Of a DNA stretch of 64,000 nucleotides, positions 59,857 to 64,000 are shown in pieces (the stretch's first letter is position 1; each line of letters begins with the position of its first letter). Below the pieces are notes generated by a model. It did not search any database and was not told the DNA's origin. It worked only from the letters and a program-made list of their open reading frames with translations. The stretch is from a virus (lineage: Duplodnaviria; Caudoviricetes), in the IMG/VR virus record IMGVR_UViG_3300033121_000954, positions 63,037 to 127,036 of that record; one strand, given 5' to 3'. The position numbers and the translations under genes were made by a program.

Positions 59857-60398
59857 AATGTTAAAAGTTGAAAAGTATGTTAATTTCCTCGTCCGTAAAG
59901 ACGAAGATTTTCAGATACATTGTTCTTCGGTTCACATAGTAAACCTGTTCAGTCTGCGGCTCCGTACAAAGTGGAATTGTTACAAATTTACCCTCCACAA
60001 AACTCTGAACCACGATGTTTGAATCCAGTGTTCGGTCAATTGTTATTTTGTGGATGTATATTTGTTCGTTAAATTCAACAAAATAACTTCCACGACCGCA
60101 CACAGAAATTGTTTTGTCCGTGTGTTTCGGTGACGTATTTTCAATTTGCTTGAAGCAATCTGAAATTTGGGAAATTGCCGCAAATTGAACAAATAATTGT
60201 AAGAATATAATGCAAATTGTTCTCAAAATTTCGGTAATTGGGTCTTATCGTGTTTCATATTGTTTTTCAAATCATTCGCTCTCATTTTTGCCAGCAGGTG
60301 TTCAAGACTGGAAATCATACTGTTAAAAATAACGCCAAACGGATTATTATTTTCATCCATCGGTTTCCCGTTGAACAGTTGTCTGTTTTGGTTATCTT

Positions 60399-61301
60399 TT
60401 ATGTCCATATAGGTTTGGTTTGTTTTATTAAATTGATAATTTTATCGTCATATTTTAACATAATTTCATCAATACCAAAATACAAATAATCTAACATCGC
60501 GACATTCAAATCATTACAGTCCATTTTCATTGGAGTGATATAGACATCATCTGATGTGTCCATTCTCCGAGACCAAACAAACGAAGTTAATTGAATGAAC
60601 TCGTCATATTTTTCTTTTGTTATTTTTTTACCAAGAATGGCATCAATTACAACATTTCCAGAATCTAATAGCAGCAATTTTTGCACCAACCATTTTAACC
60701 AACTATCCTTCACTGTTTTAATTTGCCATGCCAGTAAAAACAATGCAAATTGAGGATAAATTAGTCTTAATATTTTTGATTTGATTGGATTGGTGTTGGG
60801 GAAATCTGTATATTTTAGTTTTTTAATTCCTGCAATTTTTCTGATTAGGAAATTGGAAGGAACTACAAAAATAAACATCAACATCGTCAACAACAAAAAC
60901 AAATTTCCATACACCCGACTCTTCAATGATTTATGCCATAGCCAGAAGTCAATCGTTTGTGTGTATTTTCGGCTTAATCTCCACGGCAAATTTTCAAGCA
61001 CCCAATCCAGTTCCTCGTTGTCACGATTGATGTAAAGTGCTAAAATAATTGCGCCAACGTGGTCTCTACTAATCGTATCGGCACCTTCGTTTGGATACCG
61101 ATAAAATTGAACGAACGTATCATCTCTTTGCTTGACACATTGCATTATTGAATATTTGAGGAAGGCGTGGTTTGGATAACAAATATACGCAAACGCATTC
61201 CTTCCGACCGAATCTCCCTTGCTGTCCCAAGAAATATTTTCCAGAATCATCTGATTTTCATCAAAATACCAGAAACTATTTGTGCAATGTTTATCCAGCA
61301 A
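60399..61301 (-). CDS. Hypothetical protein with an internal TM segment
   Basis: 300-aa ORF; 'R.P....TISRDH' motif. Confidence 0.6.
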   Translation of the reverse strand: MLDKHCTNSFWYFDENQMILENISWDSKGDSVGRNAFAYICYPNHAFLKYSIMQCVKQRDDTFVQFYRYPNEGADTISRDHVGAIILALYINRDNEELDWVLENLPWRLSRKYTQTIDFWLWHKSLKSRVYGNLFLLLTMLMFIFVVPSNFLIRKIAGIKKLKYTDFPNTNPIKSKILRLIYPQFALFLLAWQIKTVKDSWLKWLVQKLLLLDSGNVVIDAILGKKITKEKYDEFIQLTSFVWSRRMDTSDDVYITPMKMDCNDLNVAMLDYLYFGIDEIMLKYDDKIINLIKQTKPIWT

Positions 61302-61321
61302 TTTCGTCCTTTATTTTTTAG

Positions 61322-61406
61322 TACACCTGACAGGCTACGATCCTGCACGGTCTTTATGACCATTGGGGCTTAAACCCAACGCGGCTACCAATTTCGCCAC
61401 AGGTGC
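61322..61406 (-). tRNA. tRNA-Leu (TAA), atypical T-loop ATCGTAG, CCA not encoded
   Basis: GCACCTG/CAGGTGT acceptor; TTGGG-TTTAAGC-CCCAA anticodon arm; long variable arm. Confidence 0.85.
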
Positions 61407-61419
61407 AATTATTAAAATG

Positions 61420-61492
61420 TAACCCCAGCCGGGCACGATCCGACAACCAATCGCTTAGAAGGCGAACGTTCTTCCAGTTGAACTATGGGGCT
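61420..61492 (-). tRNA. tRNA-Arg (TCT), atypical T-loop ATCGTGC, CCA not encoded
   Basis: AGCCCCA/TGGGGTT acceptor; GTTC/GAAC D-stem; TCGC-CTTCTAA-GCGA anticodon arm. Confidence 0.85.
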
Positions 61493-61499
61493 GAATTAG

Positions 61500-61580
61500 T
61501 AGTGTGCTTCGGATTTGAACCGAAATTTTCAACAACCAGTTACGAATATCCAATGTATAAGATTGGCTCGGTAGCACACC
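61500..61580 (-). tRNA. Non-canonical tRNA-Ile (TAT): no D-arm, long variable arm
   Basis: GGTGTGC/GCACACT acceptor, 7-nt linker, CCAAT-CTTATAC-ATTGG anticodon arm, 25-nt variable hairpin, TTCGG-TTCAAAT-CCGAA T-arm. Confidence 0.7.
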
Positions 61581-61734
61581 ATTCAAGAATATAAGTCAAT
61601 CAAATGATCTGCGTATTCCTGCGCATGTATTTCATCCTCAAAATTCCACGCATTCAAGAATAATTGAAGTTCTAAAAATTCTAAGTACGTCATATTCTCT
61701 TCATCTTTTTAAATTTAACGACACAATTTATGAA

Positions 61735-62150
61735 CTAATGTTAGAAGATATTTCTATCTTCTCCGCACAATATCAAACACCAATTGTACTTCTTGATGTT
61801 TGATTAGGATTGTATATCTGTCTAAGCATTGACTCCCGAGGGCAACTTATCCAAAGACTTTACAATATACAAAACGCATATTAAACAGTTTGATAAATAA
61901 ATAGGAGTTCTTAACACGAACACAGGCCCGAAGCCCGTCTTACGGCATGCTCGTAACTGTTATTTAATTTATTTACCTTCTGTGGCTTCCAAGCCTGCTG
62001 CCTTCGCCGTCCTCCCAGGTTATTTTAGTCGTATAGATTGGCAAACTTCCAGCCAAACAAGTATTACTTGTATTTTCCCGCTCACGTTGGGCGTTTCTAT
62101 ACTAACGGCTTACCCCACTTAAGGGTTTACATCCTCACTTTCGTGGACAT
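61735..62150 (-). ncRNA. Candidate ~420-nt structured non-coding RNA
   Basis: No ORF of 60 aa or more; many stems with GAAA/UUCG-type loops; G-U pairs favour the minus strand. Confidence 0.5.
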
Positions 62151-62369
62151 ATCAACACTGTTTCAACATTTCCATTAACCGTGGAAATGCTGGATGATCC
62201 GAATTTCGTATTCCGGCATTCCTACGGAGCCATTGTACGTCGTGAATCCTCCATTCCGGAATATCCAGTTCGTGGTATCGGATATATTCGGTAATGGTTC
62301 TACCAAATTTCCAACACCCACTACATAATCCAGTATGCAGTTTTACAGGTGTGTCGCAAAATTCACATT

Positions 62370-62732
62370 TCATATAAACCACAAATTGTGTAATTTAACA
62401 AAATTTCGGTACTCGTCCGAAATTAAATACAAATACAACTTACAATTTTTTGTCCAAGTCACCGTCGGTTGTAAATGAAATGGGGCATTGTGTTTATGAA
62501 ACTGATGCCATTCTATAATTGACACCGTTGGGAGATGTACAGTACTCGCAATCATCAAGTCTTCATCATATTTAACAAAGAATTCGATATTTAAATCCAA
62601 CTCTTTTAAATCGATATCAATACACGGGTACGCCGAATAAATCTCATCTCCTTCTGTCACTGAATAATTACCCGTCAATCGACGAAGTGGTATTACAGCG
62701 TAACAATATGATCCATTTGCTATAAATTTCAT
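62370..62732 (-). CDS. Hypothetical protein
   Basis: Follows a TACCTTTG promoter at 62756-62763. Confidence 0.5.
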   Translation of the reverse strand: MKFIANGSYCYAVIPLRRLTGNYSVTEGDEIYSAYPCIDIDLKELDLNIEFFVKYDEDLMIASTVHLPTVSIIEWHQFHKHNAPFHLQPTVTWTKNCKLYLYLISDEYRNFVKLHNLWFI

Positions 62733-62963
62733 TGCGTTTTAATTTAATTACAATACAAAGGTACGTTAAAATTTTTAACAACTCGTTAACGTTTTTTTTG
62801 TATTTTGGAGTTTGGCCCAAATATTCAGATTTAAACTCCGCATAAGTGACAATTTTACCGTTTCTCTTAAATGTATATCGTTCTGTCACGAATATCGGTT
62901 CAAAATAGAACTGACCATACGCGCACAAAACATATCCAATCTGCGTTTCAGTTAGTGGTACTT

Positions 62964-63548
62964 TCATATAGGATCGGCAATGGCGTGTAAGGTTCCTAAG
63001 AATCCAATTAAATTGCCAGAATCATCTCTTAATTGATACGCAATTCCGTGTACTTTTTGGATTTTGCCGTTCGGAAGTACAAATCGGTAATTCATGTCAA
63101 AATTTAACATGTTATTTACGCATCTTTGCCATTCCTCAAATACGTCATCCTTTTCGTCTGGGTGTATCCAATTAGTCCAATTGTCTCCTTTAATTTCACT
63201 TTCCAAACGTCCAATGATTCTGCATAGAGAATGATTCAAATCAATACATTTTCCGTACTTATCGCTCACCCAAGTTCCGAGTGGAAGTGATTTAATCAAT
63301 GCGACTGTTTTCTGTTCTTGAACAGCCACTTTTAATTCAATCCGATTGATTGCGTCCCTTAGAGTTGAGCCGCCATTCGGACGAAATTCCTCAGCGATTA
63401 CTTTCAGTTTTGTACCAAAATCTGAAATTTCTTTAAATTTCTTTTGTAGCCAAAATTTCCATAACAATCCAAAGATAACTCCGAATGGGGCAACTAATTC
63501 AAGCCATTCTTTTAACTGACTTAATACGACTTTTACGTCGATAACCAT
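62964..63548 (-). CDS. Membrane-anchored PAS-domain protein
   Basis: N-terminal TM, 'RPNGGSTLRDAINRIE' linker, PAS motifs 'D..G.....N...RI.G....E..G..W...IHPDE...YRF...G'. Confidence 0.8.
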   Translation of the reverse strand: MVIDVKVVLSQLKEWLELVAPFGVIFGLLWKFWLQKKFKEISDFGTKLKVIAEEFRPNGGSTLRDAINRIELKVAVQEQKTVALIKSLPLGTWVSDKYGKCIDLNHSLCRIIGRLESEIKGDNWTNWIHPDEKDDVFEEWQRCVNNMLNFDMNYRFVLPNGKIQKVHGIAYQLRDDSGNLIGFLGTLHAIADPI

Positions 63549-63621
63549 TTTATAATCCTATTTTTATAAGTGAAAACGCGAGGTGAGTTCACATATAAAT
63601 ATAAAATTGACGCACAAATAA

Positions 63622-64000
63622 CTAACCAACTGACTGCGGGGCAAGGGCGAGGCGGAAGCCGATACTGTAGTAGCGGAGCGTCGGCTCGTTGACGTTGCGA
63701 TAAGCGGAGCGGCAGTACTGAGCAACGTTGATCCAGCTGCCGCCGCGAAACACGCGGAGCACGCCCGAATCCGGTCCCGTTGGGTTGATTTGCGGCTCGG
63801 CGGGGTAGTCTCCATACCAATCATTGCACCATTGCCACACGTTGCCGCTCATGTCGTGGAGACCCAGTTCGTTGGGCTTTTTCCGGCCGACGGGGCGGGT
63901 GCGTGAGTTGGAGTTTTTATACCACCAAGCGACTTCTTCCAAGTCGTTGCTTCCTGCGTACAAGTAGCCTTTGCTTTGAACGCCGCCACGAGCAGCGAAC
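63622..64000 (-). CDS. FGE-sulfatase / C-type-lectin-fold protein, partial (5' end outside window); probable DGR target
   Basis: 'FAARGG', 'PVG.KKPNELGLHDMSGNVW.WC.DWY', 'RV.RGGSW...R.A.R...IGFRLA'; the frame is open to the window edge. Confidence 0.85.
   Translation of the reverse strand, partial: FAARGGVQSKGYLYAGSNDLEEVAWWYKNSNSRTRPVGRKKPNELGLHDMSGNVWQWCNDWYGDYPAEPQINPTGPDSGVLRVFRGGSWINVAQYCRSAYRNVNEPTLRYYSIGFRLALAPQSVG

Noticed and set aside
306-61594. Most plus-strand ORFs in the track
   Set aside because: They are antisense shadows of better-supported minus-strand genes or tRNAs; only those in the 26.7-33.1 kb island are credible.
61735-62150. Group I intron, tmRNA or RNase P identity for the structured region
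   Set aside because: An ACGACTA P7-like word is present but its ATAGTC partner is not; no tRNA-like ends or tag reading frame; no GAGGAAAGTC motif.
1-64000. Stop-codon reassignment (alternative genetic code) as in some Bacteroidota jumbo phages
   Set aside because: Long genes are intact in the standard code, TAA, TAG and TGA all terminate tightly packed genes, and no suppressor tRNA is seen.

Overview
64-kb segment of a large, AT-rich, contractile-tailed (jumbo-type) phage genome, almost entirely coded on the minus strand. The host is very probably a Bacteroidota species, because about 14 intergenic copies of the Bacteroidetes sigma-A promoter (TT(T)G...TAnnTTTG) precede genes. Layout: 1-20 kb is a baseplate/virion module (gp6-, gp25- and gp5-like) interleaved with small cargo genes (ADP-ribosyltransferase-like, GNAT, J-domain) that share an N-terminal 'K-L-K-x-L-L-x-E' leader. 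20-26 kb holds a gp55-like sigma factor, an HD hydrolase and hypotheticals. 26.3-33.7 kb is an island between two 285-bp paralogous repeats, carrying a fused type IIG restriction-modification gene, an N-formylglutamate amidohydrolase and a broken IS1595 transposase. 34-51 kb holds an endolysin, a secreted GH-A glycosidase, tRNA-Tyr and an RNA/tRNA repair cluster. 51-59 kb is an early region of repeated promoter modules and tandem paralogs, with a possible genome-terminus signature and one integron-like attC cassette. 61-64 kb holds three atypical tRNAs (one D-armless tRNA-Ile(UAU)), a ~420-nt candidate structured ncRNA, a membrane PAS protein and an FGE/CLec gene ending in a DGR-like variable repeat. 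The best candidates for new biology are the leader-tagged, putatively capsid-packaged effector set, the rearranged tRNA-Ile, the structured RNA and the attC cassette. All calls come from reading motifs by eye; no searches were run.
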